NCBI RefSeq assembly: GCF_963921235.1
Contig: NC_086118.1
Span: forward strand, 20,400,001 to 20,464,000
Reading direction: 5' to 3'
Length of the DNA: 64,000 nucleotides
From: Mobula hypostoma
Taxonomy: Eukaryota
The position numbers and the translations under genes were made by a program. The notes under the pieces are model-generated. The model had not been told where the DNA came from and did no database searches. It saw only the letters and a list, made by a program, of their open reading frames with translations. Positions 1 through 15,773 of this stretch are shown here, one piece after another (the stretch's first letter is position 1; every line of letters begins with the position of its first letter).

Positions 1-44
1 CCTTACTCTTCCAACTGAGCTCTGGCCTGGCTGCTGTAGCCATC
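1..44 (-). other. Candidate exon of a divergently transcribed upstream gene
   Basis: Minus strand reads ...tcctctctgctttgcctcacag|gATGGCTACAGCAGCC..., a strong polypyrimidine tract plus CAG acceptor followed by an ATG at 43-41. A possible GTAAGG donor occupies positions 6-1. Product not recognised. Confidence 0.25.
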
Positions 45-715
45 CTGTGAGGCAAAGCAGAGAGGATCATGACCAGTCAGAAGGCCTACTGGGCCGCAGG
101 TGGTAGGCCCTGATTTCCTGGCCCTGGAACATCGTGAGGTGTTTGATGTCTTAAAACTGTCTGTGGTAATCAGGGGTATTACGGAACAATTCAAATAGAT
201 TTACATTTTTTAAAATAGAAAGAGACTAAATTTAAGTAAGCTACTAGATATTAATTAAAATATAAAGGTAAGCAAAATAATATATATCATAAAAACATAA
301 ACTATAGATTCAAATGAATGGGTTTGTCTTTCTTGGCCAATCTTGGAGTAAAGCTGAGAGTGAGCTGCGAAGTGTCTGCATCTCTCTCTGACTATTGAGC
401 TGCTGTCGCTAAAGTGACCTCTGAGACATGAGGAGGATATTGCTTGTAGTTTGACCAGGGAGCTTGTTTTAGTCTGGTGAGTTGTTTTCCTGTTCCTTTT
501 GCTTCAGTTTATTGCTTCGTTGTGTATTACCCAATGAGAAATTATTACAGATCAGTAAGAACACAGAGAAGATGACAACAATTTTGATACAAATTAGGAC
601 ATGTACAAGTTTACGTTGGGCTCATGGGAGGTAATTGGAAGTCCACCAGAGGTATACTGTGATAGTCAGACCTCAGTATTACTCTGGAATAGAAGTAAAT
701 TTCAGCAACAGGCAG

Positions 716-1066
716 GTTGAAAGGGCTAGATAGAGTAAACGTGGAGAAGATGGTTCTTATGGGGTGGGGGGGGGGGGAAGTCTGGGACCGGAAGGCACAG
801 CCCTAGAATGCAAGGATGACCCATTAGCACAAAGATTTATTTTGCCAGGAATTGGTGAATCTGTGGAATTCATTGTCACAGACAGCTGTTGAAGCCTAGT
901 CATTGGGTATATTTGAGGCAGAGGTTAATAGGCTCTTGAGTAGTAAGGCTCAAAGGTTACGGGAGAAGGCAAGTGTCTGGGGCTGAGAAGAAAATATATC
1001 AGCCAAGATTGAATATCAGAGCAGATTCAATGGGACAAATGGCTTAATTCTGTTCCTATGTCTTAT
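716..1066 (+). mobile_element. CR1-type LINE 3' fragment, degenerate
   Basis: Similar to the 3' part of the CR1 at 20.2-20.6 kb and 48.2-48.5 kb (aagggctagatagagtaaac..., gtgaatctgtggaattcattg, terminal tcctatgtcttat). Contains a G-run at 761-778. Confidence 0.75.
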
Positions 1067-1530
1067 TGTTTACATTGAGTTGGAGCTACATCAGATACTG
1101 TTACAAATAAGTGCTTATTGTCTACTCTGATGGGCGGAAAGAAACTACTTGGTTGCTTTAAAGATTAAACCTGTCTATCTTCTCTAAGATCAAAGAACTT
1201 GCTCTGAAACTACTGCAGAATGGAATATGACTGCTATTTTGTTCTTTACTGAATAAATAATTTATTCAGCAATTCTGTGATACTGTTTACACCCTTTCCA
1301 TTATTCCAAGTACAAGAAACACAACTTACTGGAAACCCAACAGAAAGAAAATCATCCACAGTAATCAATCGTCAATAATAATATTAGAATCAATATCAGA
1401 AACTTTTGCTACAACAAGCATTTTCACAAACACCCTTAGAAAAATCAATCTAATCAGTGAATTTGCTGCTTTAATTCCTACACTTGCGTATAAATTTTAA
1501 TAAGCATACCGCATTAAAATGAATTAAACC

Positions 1531-2901
1531 AAGTTTACCTGGTCCATTTCTGACACCTCCCTCCCCTTTCTAGATCTTTCTGTCTCTGTCTCTCGAGACA
1601 GCTTTCCACTGATGTCTACTATAAGCCTACTGACTCTCACAGCTATCTGGACTATTCCTCTTCTCACCCTGTCTCTTGCAAAAACGCCATCCCCTTCTCG
1701 CAATTCCTCCGTCTCCGCCGCATCTGCTCTCAGGATGAGGCTTTTCATTCTAGGACGAGGGAGATGTCTTCATTTTTTAAAGAAAGGGGCTTCCCTTCCT
1801 CCACTATCAACTCTGCTCTTAAACGCATCTCCCCCATTTCACGTACATCTGCTCTCACTCCATCTTCCCACCACCCCACTAGGAATAGGGTTCCCCTGGT
1901 CCTCACCTACCACCCCACCAGCCTCCGGGTCCAACATATTATTCTCCGTAACTTCCGCCACCTCCAACGGGATCCCACCACTAAGCATATCTTTCCCTCC
2001 CCGCCTCTCTCTGCATTCCGCAGGGATCGCTCCCTACACAACTCCCTTGTCCATTCGTCCCCCCCATCCCTCCCCACTGATCTCCCTCCTGGCACTTATC
2101 CGTGTAAGCGGAACAAGTGCTACACATGCCCTTACACTTCCTCCCTTACCACCATTCAGGGCCCCAAACAGTCCTTCCAGGTGAGGCATCACTTCACCTG
2201 TGAGTCGACTGGGGTGATATACTGCATCCGGTGCTCCCGATGTGGCCTTTTATATATTGGTGAGACCTGACGCAGACTGGGAGACCGCTTTGCTGAACAT
2301 CTACGCTCTGTTCGCCAGAGAAAGCAGGATCTCCCAGTGGCCACACATTTTAATTCCACATCCCATTCCCATTCTGACATGTCTATCCACGGCCTCCTCT
2401 ACTGTAAAGATGAAGCCACACTCAGGTTGGAGGAACAACACCTTATATTCCGTCTGGGTAGCCTCCAACCTGATGGCATGAACATTGACTTCTCTAACTT
2501 CCGCTAAGGCCCCACCTCCCCCTCATACCCCATCTGTTACTCATTTTTATGCACACATTCTTTCTCTCACTCTCCTTTTTCTCCCTCTGTCTCTCTGAAT
2601 ATACCTCTTGCCCATCCTCTGGGTCACCCCCCCCCCCTTGTCTTTCTTCCCGGACCTCCTGTCCCATGATCCTCTCGTATCTCCTTTTGCCTATCACCTG
2701 TCCAGCTCTCGGCTCTATCCCTCCCCCTCCTGTCTTCTCCTATCATTTTGCATCTCCCCCTCCCCCTCCAGCTTTCAAATCCCTTACTCACTCTTCCTTC
2801 AGTTAGTCCTGACAAAGGGTCTCGGCCTGAAACGTCGACTGCGCCTCTTCCTATAGATGCTGCTTGGCCTGCTGCGTTCACCAGCAACTTTGATGTATGT
2901 T
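1531..2901 (+). mobile_element. Penelope-like retroelement, 5'-truncated (RT C-terminus, GIY-YIG endonuclease, 3' terminal repeat)
   Basis: Translates KFTWSISDTSLPFLDL (1-nt frameshift near 1604), YKPTDSHSYLDYSSSHP, VIYCIRCSRCGLLYIGET*RRLGDRFAEH (GIY-YIG; in-frame TGA 2268-2270), ending at TAA 2505-2507. A pyrimidine-rich 3' region carries a hammerhead-like motif. Confidence 0.9.
2805..2840 (+). ncRNA. Minimal hammerhead-ribozyme-like motif in Penelope terminus (core mutated)
   Basis: agtc-CTGACAA-agggtctcggcct-GAAAC-GTC-gact: stem I agtc/gact, CUGANGA box altered to CUGACAA, GAAA box and GUC triplet present. Confidence 0.55.
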
Positions 2902-3444
2902 ACCAACTTAGATTGTTATTTTGAATCTTCTGGTAAACAACATTGTTGGAGTATAAGCAAGACTGCATTTTAATTTTGAGTATGTAATGATTCTTGAATA
3001 AATAATGTCAGAAAGTTGTTGGCAGCCGTTTCCTTGCCTTTCTAGCTTGTGTATGTTAACATTGATGATAGTGGGGTTGGATGTACTTTTTCAATGTCAG
3101 ATTGCTGGAAGTTTATTTGCCTGGATTTTGCTAGAATGACCTTCTTCTTGTGTAATCCAGAGTCTTAAAGCTGCATGTCCAGATTTTGTAATATTTGCCC
3201 TTCAAGTATTGTTGCTGTGACAAAGAAGGAGAGGTTGTTGTGGTAACAGAATATCTAGCACGTCTGATCAGTGGACTTTTTAAGCAAATAAATTAATAGT
3301 TAAATAGAGATGGATTGAGAAGAAATATGAATGTGAGCAGATGAATATAATACTAAATGAAATACTTTGAGAAATAAAGGGAAAGAATAAGAACATTGAA
3401 GAAAAAAAGACATTAGGAGTGAAGCAGGGGCATATTTATAAGCC

Positions 3445-4322
3445 CTAGATATCCTGCTTCCTTCACCTCCTTCCCTGATAGCAGAACAAAGATTGAGTTC
3501 CCTGGACTTCACTTCACTTTCCAGTTCTGCATTCAAAACATCACGCTTCACAACTACTACCACCAGCAACAAGATTCCAAAAGAATCATTCCTTTTGCAT
3601 GTGCCTGGTTTGTTCTACCGTCTCCATCAGCCAGATCCCTTTCGTAGCATTTTCCCATACAACCTTAGGAGATACAACACATTTTCACTTTGCATCACCT
3701 AAGGACCCAAAGAGTCATTCCAAGTAATACATGGATTCACTTGGGCTTTGTCCAGTGTCAGATCTTGCATTCGTTGTTCACACAAGATTATCTGATTTGG
3801 AGAAACCAAAGGTAGAGGGAGTGATCCAAGAGCATCTGTATTCATTCTGCTGGTTTAGCCCTGAGCTTCTTGTTAGCTACCACTTTAATTCTCCAGTCCA
3901 TACCCATCTGACCTATCTTCCTCTGGAATCCTGAACTGTCATGAAAAGGCCAATCCCATCTTATCTCCAGACACATTGTGACCTTCCAGACTCAGTGTTG
4001 GACTAAGCAGCTTTAGGTAACTTACTATAACAGAACTGGGCCATTTCTGTACTAGGCTATCCATATAAACACAGTTTTTCTCTTTCCTTTAGTATAGCCT
4101 GACATGCTTAGTAGCCCCCACATCTCTGCATTTTGCGGCTCTCCTATTTTTTGCTTGGTTCTTTTTCTAACAGTCTTCATATGACATTTTTCAAGTTTCT
4201 TTCTGTTTCTCCATCCAACTGCCCAAATGACCTCCATCGACCAGTTTGTTTCATCAACAACCTATCCCCATGGCAACCTTGAGGACATCCAATTGCTAGA
4301 GATAATTGCTTTGTACATTCTA

Positions 4323-4358
<36 letters not shown>

Positions 4359-4510
4359 GTTTCTTTCTCTTTCTCTCTCATATTGTAAATTAACTTGCTA
4401 TCTCCCTTTCCCAGTTATGATGGAGGGTCTTCAACATGACATACTAACTCTCTATTTCAACAGAATCCTTTTGACCTCTTCAGTGTTTCCAACATGTTTG
4501 GTTTTATTAA
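3445..4510 (+). mobile_element. Older, heavily degenerate Penelope-like copy
   Basis: Collinear with 1870-2500 (e.g. ggacccaaagagtcattccaagt vs ggccccaaacagtccttccaggt; ttggagaaacc vs ttggtgagacc). Decayed hammerhead-region remnant near 4411-4450. Confidence 0.6.
4326..4378. repeat. (CT)n microsatellite with degenerate tail
   Basis: Direct reading of the sequence. Confidence 0.9.
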
Positions 4511-5321
4511 CTAAAAGGGAGCTTATATGATAAGCCTCATAGACTATCACCACGTACAGTAAGTGTAACATTGTCATGAAAATCACATGCAGGTTAAAGT
4601 GGAGATGCTGCTCTTTCCAAAGTCACTAGTGGAGCAACATAAATCAGCTGGAATGCCTGATGATTTATTATTGATTAGGTAAGTCTTCCAGGCTACAAAT
4701 GTCCGGTTGATTTCTGCAATAATAACATGCATGTTGCCACACTCAGTTACTTTCAGCATCATCTGCCAGTGTGTTTAATAAAATTGATAAATTTATAATA
4801 TATATTATATATTTATAATATATACTTTGATTGATAGACTGCAGAATTGCATCAACTGAATATTAGAAATAATAAAACACTGGAAAGAAATCTTTTAGTG
4901 TAACAATCATCACTATTTTTTGTTTAAAGATCAAGTAAGTGAGGACTATATTATGAATGAAAAATTGTATGCAGAATAGCTTTAACCTATAAAACTGGGA
5001 TAGGAAGCGTCAAAGTTGATATGTATTTTTTGAACTATGTTGAGTTTCAAAAGAGAGATATTTGGAGAGATTTCAAACATTTAAAGTAACAAAGGCTTCT
5101 GGAAGATGGCAGAACACTGTAAAGGAAAGCGAATGGAACTTGTAGATACTGGAAATCTGAAATAAAAGAAGACTAATGAAAGACGTTTAACATGAGACAT
5201 TGGTTCTGTTCTACCTGACCTACAGTGTATTTCCAGTATTTTCTGTTTTTAGTCTCTGATTTTATACAACTTTGACAGTCTAGTTTACCTTGAACTGAGA
5301 TTCCCAACTCACAACCCATCC

Positions 5322-5455
5322 CACACATACAAGATGCTGGAGGAGCTCAGCAGGCCAAGCAGTATCTATGGAATGGAGTAAACAGTCGATGTTTTGGGCT
5401 GGGACTCTTCTTCAGGATAGCATTAGCAGCATCTGCAAATGTTCTCATGTTTGTC
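5322..5455 (-). mobile_element. Short Penelope terminal-repeat fragment
   Basis: Reverse complement of the 2810-2900 and 26485-26580 motif (gatgctggaggagctcagcaggccaagcagtatctatgg...cagtcgatgttttgggctgggactcttcttcagga). Confidence 0.7.
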
Positions 5456-5469
5456 ATAATTGTCCGTCA

Positions 5470-6180
5470 CATTGGAAAAATTCTGAAAGATAGAATTAAT
5501 CTTAGTTGGAGAGTCAGGGATTGGTCAGAGGTAGCCAACATGGTTTTGTTAAGGGGAAGTCCTTACTGCCAAATTTGACAGAAAATTTCAAGGAGGTAAC
5601 CAATTGTGTCAATGTGGGTATAACTGATGCTTTAGTATATATGGGAGACTGGTCATCCAACATGAGGGCCTATGGGATCCAGAGCAATTTAGCAAGCGGG
5701 ATCCAACATTGAATAGGTGATTACAGGCAAAGAGTTGTTCATGTAATCGGAAGTCTGTGATCAGTGCTAGAACTTCTGTACATTAACAATTTGGATGTGA
5801 ACTTAGGAAATATAACCATTAGGTTTGCACATAACATAAAGACTGGTGATGTGAGGGAAATAGTTTTTTGGGGTGACTTTTTGGCGATATACAAAATTAT
5901 AAGAGGCATAGGATGTTTAATGAGAAAATGTTCTGCTTAGCATAGGTATATATGAACAGAGGCATAAGTTTAAGGACAGGGGTAGGGAGATTCAGAGTTT
6001 TTTTTTCATCTGGAAGGTGGCTGAAATCTGGAATGAACTTCCTGAGGGGTGGTGGAGGCAGGTTCTATTTAAGTGAGTGTCTTAAATGTCATACTATAGA
6101 ATTACTGGGAACTGGAGTCAGTATTGGTAAGTGAAGTAATAGATTGTCAGCAGAGCCAAGGTAGCCGAAACTGCTCTCTG
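5470..6180 (+). mobile_element. Degenerate CR1 LINE fragments
   Basis: GSQHGFVKGKS matches the RT region of the intact CR1 (QSQHGFVKGKSC). Downstream pieces match the CR1 3' end. Confidence 0.7.
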
Positions 6181-7089
6181 ACATGCCTCATTTCACTTGT
6201 AATACAGTATTACAATCTAATGCCGAAGCCATTGTATAAAGATCTAAAGTTCAGTTTATAAGTACTGTTGGAATGGTCAGGAAGGTCACACAAGCATGTT
6301 TGTTTAATTACATAATTCGAGAAAACCCCGCGCATGTGCGAAAGCAGCAAATAAAGAAATCTGCAAAATGAGTCTATCCCCAAGATTTATGTAGTTGATT
6401 TATTGGAGAAATTGATATATTCTGATTCATGTTTTTGTTACTTATGGGCATGTCTATTCCAAAGCTTCTCTATTATCTATCCCATCTTCAATAGGGTAAG
6501 CAACTGTGGAGCTATTGATGGAATTAAGAAATGCAGCAGTCAATTTCCACACAGCATCCCTCACAACTTTTAAAAAATTTCACATATAATCATAAAAATA
6601 TACACAAGTAAAACAAAATTGTATATGGCTTCGTTTACATTTAGAGTTGTTTTGTGTACACATACGTAGTGAGTGCCTGTTCTATATATTCATAGGATCA
6701 TCGCTTTAATACATTGCATGATATTTCTGTGGCTTCCTTAAGCAATGTATCTTTCAAGTGTTTAAGGGGCTGTACAACTAGCCACCACAACTAACCGTGC
6801 GATGCTATCTCATCTCTTTCTTAGCATTACAGGCAGATTCAGATTATTGTCATATACACCAGCACGCAATGAAATTCCTTGTTTCGGTGAATCTCGCAGA
6901 ATAAACAGTATAAAAGTTAATAATAAATACAGCGTCGGATGCAAAATAACAGAATGATACAACGCGTCTCATTTCAAGAGACACCTCGGGCAATGTAGCA
7001 CCTTTGCAATATTGCATTTAATGTGTCAACCGATGTAGCCTATATCAGAACGGCTTTGTTTTGCTGCCGGTTTCGTAAAGCTTCACAGA

Positions 7090-8800
<1,711 letters not shown>

Positions 8801-11800
8801 TCAGCATTAACCTTGATTTACCACCCTTAAATCGGCCATGTTCATGCAGTGACAAGATTTTAATGCACGTGTGGTTACAGGGACCGTTTGGAGATCGTAT
8901 ACTCGAATCAGAAATATAAATAAAGGTTTTTTGATTAAATTTATAGATGCTGATTATAGTATGTAGTATTTTCTGTTTAATCATGTATATAACTACACGT
9001 GTGAGCTATGGAATTCAAACACGTGTTGTGGTTTGTGGAAATCCCGTATGTATATATTGACTCTCAAATATTGATTTAAAGGTGTAGTTTTGCAATTTTT
9101 TTCTGGTGAAGTGTTGGGTATTTAACCTTGCGAGGTCATTAACCTAAGTTACCATGTTCATGGGACATGAAAGTGGACTGGGTGTGTTCGTGTTTTCTGA
9201 CAGACTTCATAGTTAAAGTTGGATACGTTTTGCGAAGTTCTGAAAAATAATTTTGATCGTTGTTACGTGTATGCGATTTTTTTTTCTTTAAGCACCTGCA
9301 TTATTGCAGGTGCTATTTCTCAGTAAACCATAATCATCACCCCCATGCAGATGGGTTCACTGTTGCAAGGCCGTATAAAAGCATAAAATCAACATTTATC
9401 GAACAAAAATGACCATCGGGAAATATTTTTAATTGGTGTCCATAGTGGGCATACAGCCGTTTAATTTAAAAATCAAAATGCATAGTTGAAATTCCAAACA
9501 AGCCCGGCAGTATCTGAAAAGTTAACTACTTTTCCGTAGGAAATTTTTCAAGACCAGTTCATAATACAGTATACAATAATACAAGAAAACATAAACTTGT
9601 ATTGATTTGTACTTAATAAGTTTTACTTAAAATAATTTCGTTAGTGTTTGTTGATACATTGTATGATTTTTTTTAACCTTGTTTCATTTTTTCAAATTCA
9701 GTCTGGATCCAACTTGAGCTAGAAAAGTGGGAGGATTTTGTGTTAGTTTTTGAATGAGGGTCCAGGAATATTCAAACTCATCATCTTTGTGCAGGTTGAA
9801 TAAAGAGTCCTGTCAGTCTAAACAAAATTGTATTAGGATGCAAGCAGCTTAAGGCCTCTTGAAGGGCTGAGCATTGTATCTTTCCACGTTTGATTGTCTC
9901 AAGCGTTTGATTGCTGTCAAAATACGTGGAATATCCACTTCATCTATTTGTGGAATGAAATTAGTTAGAACTTTATTTTCAAGTTTTAAAATTTAAAGTT
10001 CTAGCAGTTTGCCCACCTCCTAGAGGCACTCTCACTTGTAGATCTAAGTCTTTAGTAATGTTCTACTCTTGATGTTAATTTCAGGATGAAGCTGCTTCAA
10101 AGAATTTGGTACAAAATGACTTAAAGTGTTTGAAAAATAGTTTTCATTAGCCAAATGTGTACTTAATAGAATCTTTTGTTTTCTGCAAGTCCAATAGGCT
10201 AACTCTTTTAAAAACATCTTAATCTTCTTTATTAAATTATGCTTCCTTCTCCCAGCTGTTTGTATCCTATGGTCTGGAAGCCTCTGAATATATTGAAGAT
10301 CAGTTTTTTGTTGAACTGATAACTATTTGGATGAGTGATTTCCTCAACAGGTTATGATTGTATGAGGAATTTTTCACACTCTTGCTTTGTTCCCCTGAAT
10401 GGCGATGGAAATATTTTCTATTTCTTTATTTTTGGGAGGTTGCTAGACATAGAGGTATTGGCAAGGGCATGGGGAAGAAAGAGAAATGACAGATATACAA
10501 ATGTCTGTATGATTTCATGGAGAAACTGGTCTTTTTTTGTCTGCCCATGGGGAGGGGGTGGGTGGAAGAAAACAGATCTTGGTTTGATTCTTTACACTGT
10601 AATATAATTGTTGAGATATATTTTTGTAAATTAATTGCTCTGCTTTAGCCTTTGATCAAATTTACACCAGTCATGCAAAAGAACTAAGTGAGGATTTAGC
10701 ACCCGATGAATCACTGTAACTGTTGCTGGATTAGTCTTCCTTTAAAAAGAAAGCTCTATATCCATAAGTGGATGTTATTGTTTCCTTGGATTTGTATTAC
10801 TGTAAACTGTTTGCCAAATTGAAGCCATATGTGATCTAGCAAGCATTTGTATTACTTTGCAGTGGATGTTCTCAGTATGGTTGATGTCATTATAACAGCC
10901 TTTTGATGTTTTCAGTTGAAAGAATAGACATGTAGCAAAGGTTTGTGTAATATAACTGTAACCTGTTAGTACATAACATATTCCATTAGCTGCCAATTAT
11001 GCATACTGTTGATGAAAAAACTTGTTTTATGAAATAACTATTTTGTTTGGTCCTAGCATACTGTCCTATTTATATGATTTGCCAATGAAGAGAGGCACAC
11101 AGTGTGCTTTATTCTGAGCCTGTTCCACGCTGTATCTTTAAATAAGTAAATGGGCTCTCTTCCCATATTAAGTAGAGCAAATTCTTTGATAAGTTTTTAT
11201 TACATCAGTCACTTTAATATGGCACTGTCTGGGAAATGGGGTCATGTAACAACTGACTGGAACATGTAACAGTAATAAGCCCAGCCCACCCACATTCAAA
11301 CTGATGGTTTGGCATAAGTAACGTGAGTTTTGTATATGGTATATATATTCTGTGAGTGCATAGACTTTGCCTCTGCTTTCTCATTCTTCGTCATAAGCTT
11401 ATAACTGCACAAAAGTTAGAGAGAAAGATTGACATGTTCATAATCCTGCTCTTGTTCAAAGTAACTTTCCTTTCAGCCTGATTAAATATGTCATAGTAAT
11501 ACGCATAATAGTAGTGGTACACAAGTTATGCCTTTACCGGCTTAAAAACCATTTTGTATTCAGGACGTTTTGGGGGCTGTCAAATTTTCATTTAAAATGT
11601 GTGCCAGATTCTGTAGCAGTAAAACTTAGAGTTCGTCCTACATGAAGAACATAAAACTGAAATAGTTGTAATCAACTGAATCACCAAATGGATAATCTAA
11701 TACAGTATATTCAAGGGCCCTATGTTTAAGAAGCTGATCTTCAGCCAATTTAATGCATTGCAAGTGATGTTAAGAAGCAGAAATGTGTACAGAATGCGGT

Positions 11801-12112
11801 GCTGAAGGACTAAAATATTTTTGCATGCATTGTTCCACTACATCTGAGAAATTGGTATCTGTCTGCAAGAAGCAGGACAAATCCAGGCCTGTTGAGGGAT
11901 TCTGTCAATGGTGCTTTTAAGCATTGAACTATTTATTAGTGCATGATTTTTGGATATTAGCCAGAACCCTAGACTCAGGCTTCATAATGGCCTTGGGCTA
12001 ATTGTGGATAACAGTTGAATTGCAGAGGCGCAATGAATGAGGGCTCATGAAATTGAGGTATTTTTGGTAAAGAAAGATAGAAATGATTATTTGTATTATG
12101 TAATCTTAGCAC

Positions 12113-12688
12113 TCTAATGAGGCCCTCCGTTGATTGGGGGCGACCATGGATGACCTAACCGTCCATGTGCTACGCAAAGTGATATGCAAGCCAGAGCAGT
12201 ACTATATAGAGAGCAAGCTGTTGCCCATGCAGCAGTCTCCCCCTCTCCACACAGCTGATGAATCCAAAAGAATGGCAGAGACTGATGTAATTTGGCACCA
12301 GTAGCGTCACAGGATTTAACAGACAGTGTTGAACTCAACATTGGACTGCCTTTGGGACTCCAGTTTCAGATTTTTCTTCAGGGTTTACTCCCGAAGCCTT
12401 CCACATAAGTGGATGTAGCCTCAAGGCAGCGAAGGTTTGAGATCAGTATTTTCCTTTTCCTAGATGCACTGCCAACCTTGGCTGACAAGCCCCATCTTTG
12501 GGGTGCCAGTAACCCCTTCTGACAGTAAAAGCAAGTTTCTATCAGGCTTATTAGTTAAGCCGCACATGAAAGCCAGGAGCTGGACTAGGTTGTTAGAGGC
12601 TCTTTAGATGTATGCCATTGGGAGCATTTAATAGGTAGTGGGAGCTTATCCCCACTTACTCGCCGGGCTATGACAACCTTGAGGAACT
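12113..12688 (-). mobile_element. Non-autonomous RTE-like short element (no ORF)
   Basis: GC-richer block with motifs resembling RTE-type termini (minus strand tttggattcatcagctgtgtggagagggggag...gcatgggcaacagc; catccatggtcgcccc). Family assignment from memory. Confidence 0.45.
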
Positions 12689-13687
12689 AGTGCTGTAATA
12701 ATGCTACTAGAATTATGCAGAGGGGTGTTTTGAGACAGCTTTTTAGTTGGATCATTCTTCCACCTGAAGATCAGAATTGAGTGATTTCAACTCCTCTTGT
12801 AATGGAATAGTTGATGCCGGTCCATGGAGTTGGTGGGGGGAGGGTGGGATGGATGATCTCCAAACCTAGGGTGTTTCTGTCAGGAAAGAGATTACAACAT
12901 GCCAAAGAATGCTGTTGTCCAGCAAGAGATTCCAACCACTTTGTTATTCATCAGATTCTGATCATGCACATTGTGGTGATGGTCATTTGTCAGAAACATC
13001 AGACCAGCAGCAAAGGTGTTGGTTACAGGCAGATTCAGAAGTACTTTTTTGGTGAGTTAAGAGGCCATTTCATTGCCATTGGATTCATCTGCCTGCACCT
13101 TTTCTGTAGATGTGTAGGTTACATGTGAAGTATTGAGTCCTTGTTTTTTCTGAAAACATTTGACCCATTCCTAGTTAAAGTCTCATCTATTGGAAAGGTA
13201 GATGGAGACCTGATTTATCCAAATGCAACTTTTATTAATATATTTTAGGCATGAGTTGGTATTGTCATCAGTACTTAATTGTGAAATTAGAACCAATTTG
13301 CAACCTTTGTAGGTAACTTGCAACATGACTACATCATGCGAAAAGTAGTGATGTATGCTGACTTATTGAAGTGGCTGCATGCCCCTGCCCCTCTGGAACA
13401 TAGTCTTTCCGTGCAGAAAATCATTTACTGATACTTACTCTGAAATACTTCCCAGCAACCAGTCAGCTCTTGTCAGGATCAAGGGATCAGTAAAGTTCTA
13501 ATTGCAACTGTTAATGGGCGCAAGGTATAATAGAAATTTCATAAAACAATCATGTCCTGGTTTAATTTTTTTTTAACTTAAGATTTTTCTTTGACTAAAG
13601 GCAGCAGCATTTTAATGCCTCAAGCTGCTTAAGGTCCTTTTTCAAATCATCTGTAGTTTTGCAGTTTTATTGCTAGAGAAACAAGTA

Positions 13688-14120
13688 AAGTTCAAAATAA
13701 ATTTATTATCAAAGTATATCTGTCTTCATATGCAACCCTGATATTAATTTTCTTGCGGACATACTCAATAAATTATATTAGAATCAATGAAAGACTGCAG
13801 CAACTTCGGTACTCAACCAATGTGCAAAAGACAATAAACTGTGCAATTACAAAAAAATAAATAAATAAGCAATAAATGTTGAGAACATGAGATGAAGAGT
13901 CCTTGAAAGCTAGCCCATAGATTGTGGGAGCATTTCAGTGATGGGGCAAGTGAAGTTATCCCATTTGGTTCAAGAGCCTGATGGCTGAGGAGTAATAATT
14001 GTTCGTGAAGCTGGTGATGTGAGTCTTGAGGCTCCTGTATCACCTTCCTGATGGCAGCAGTGAGAAAAGAGAATGACCTGGGTGGAGGGGGTCCCTGATG
14101 ATGGATGCTGCTTTCCTGTG
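13688..14120 (-). mobile_element. Rex1/Babar-type LINE 3' fragment
   Basis: Minus strand encodes AASIIRDPLHPGHSLFSLLPSGR, as in the 23.6-24.2 kb copy. Shares its 3' UTR with 54651-55000. Confidence 0.8.
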
Positions 14121-15773
14121 ATAAAAGTTTAGTACTCTGGAAAGTATGGACATTGAATTTGATGAAATAAGTGATATGCCCCCACCCCCCCATGTGCATT
14201 GGTTAGGCATTCAGTGGAACTGATAGTTTCTAGTAACTCAGCAAAAAAAGGTATTTTTGGGAACCATAAACCAACACATTCTGCATAGAGAAAGCAGGGT
14301 TCATTTGATGCATTGTTGCACTGGTACTGGATGTACATCAAGATGAACCACACTACCATTCCATTTGCTGCACCAAAGCAAAGCTAATGTTGACCATTTC
14401 CAGTTGGAATCTCACCTTTTGCCATTATTTTAAATCTATAAAATAGGAAAGATTATTTTTGGCTTTCAGTTAAAGGAGTAATAGTCCCATGAAGTACGGT
14501 AAAATGTCTTTTAAAAGCTCTATGTAAGTGCAAGTTGTAATACGTAGAAAATTAATAAGGAATTGTAAAGTCCACAGTGCTAATGTTACATTTTCTTTTT
14601 GCTCCACAGGTTCCATCTGGCCTATTCTTGTAATTTTTAGTGTTGATATTCTGAGTTGCAACCTGATTTCTGCAAATAGGATTTATCAATGTTAACATTC
14701 AGTTATGTAGAATAGGAAGGTGCTATTCAGCTCACTTGGTTATTTGAACTTTTCCCGACTACTCCTTTGCTCATTGACATGTTAGAAGTTGTACTCCTGC
14801 ATTTTTGTGAATTCATATAGTGATTTGCAAATTCAAGCACTTTTATACAATGACTACCTTGGAGTTCAAACTAGTTTCCAAATAGTTATGCAATGTTTTA
14901 CTGTTTCTTTCCTGCTTATCTATGAAGCATATCATTTTCTTGTTTTCTCTTTCTCTTCCTTTTTTTGTTTCTGAATGAAAAGTTTTCTATGCTTAAAATA
15001 CAATTTATGAAATCGTTCTCCCTCACTGATAATACTTCAGACACTCAGTTCCCTGACACACTTGCTTTAGATAATAGTAGCATTCTTGGATTATTCAATG
15101 ACTATCTTTGTGGGATTGTGTTTTTGAGCTTTGTTGGTCTGAAGATTTTTTTTGGAGGGTTTTCTTGTAAATGACTCACCAGTTCTTTTGCATAAGCATG
15201 ATGAGATGAATGAAATTTTAACAGGAATGAGTTTAACTGAGGCCCGATGGTATGCATTTAAGCCTATAAATTCAATTCCACACTACTGACTTGGATTTTT
15301 GATTTTTTTCGTGATTTCCAATGTAAAAAAGAGTTTTGGTGACCAACTTAATTCATCAGTTTGCATTATTGGTTTGAAGTATTGCTTGTGCATTAATGAT
15401 AAGTTTAAAAGCAATGTATTCCACATGGGCTATATTGGCACAGTATGAGATTTTCTTTTCCTTTTTGTCCAACAGGACGGAATAGTTAATAGTCAAAGGA
15501 AAAGAGTAGAATATGGAAATTGGCAAAATTACTTGAGGTTCTCTAAAAATTGATTATGATGGGATGTGCAGTTTGATTGTGTTTGCATTAAGAATATCAC
15601 AGAATTCACTTTGTACACTTTCATATTTGAGAGTAGATCAGAAGGAACAGAAGTTATAAGGCAGGTTAATCACTTAAAGGATGATTCAATAAAACCAGAC
15701 ACACTGAAAAGGAAGTTAAATTACTGGTGTTCTGAGGACTGCTAACATGAGTGACTTACAAACGTATAAAATA

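Noticed and set aside
1612..2184. 190-aa Pro/Ser/Leu-rich ORF
   Set aside because: Off-frame reading of the Penelope coding region after the frameshift near 1604.
12780..13200. 105-aa ORF and coding-like composition
   Set aside because: No recognisable domain or splice structure; possibly an old repeat that could not be assigned.
14580..15480. Strong-looking acceptors at 14608-09 and 15474-75 (cryptic exons or recursive splice sites)
   Set aside because: No convincing partner donor or AG-GTRAG junction; such tracts are expected by chance in an AT-rich 52-kb intron.
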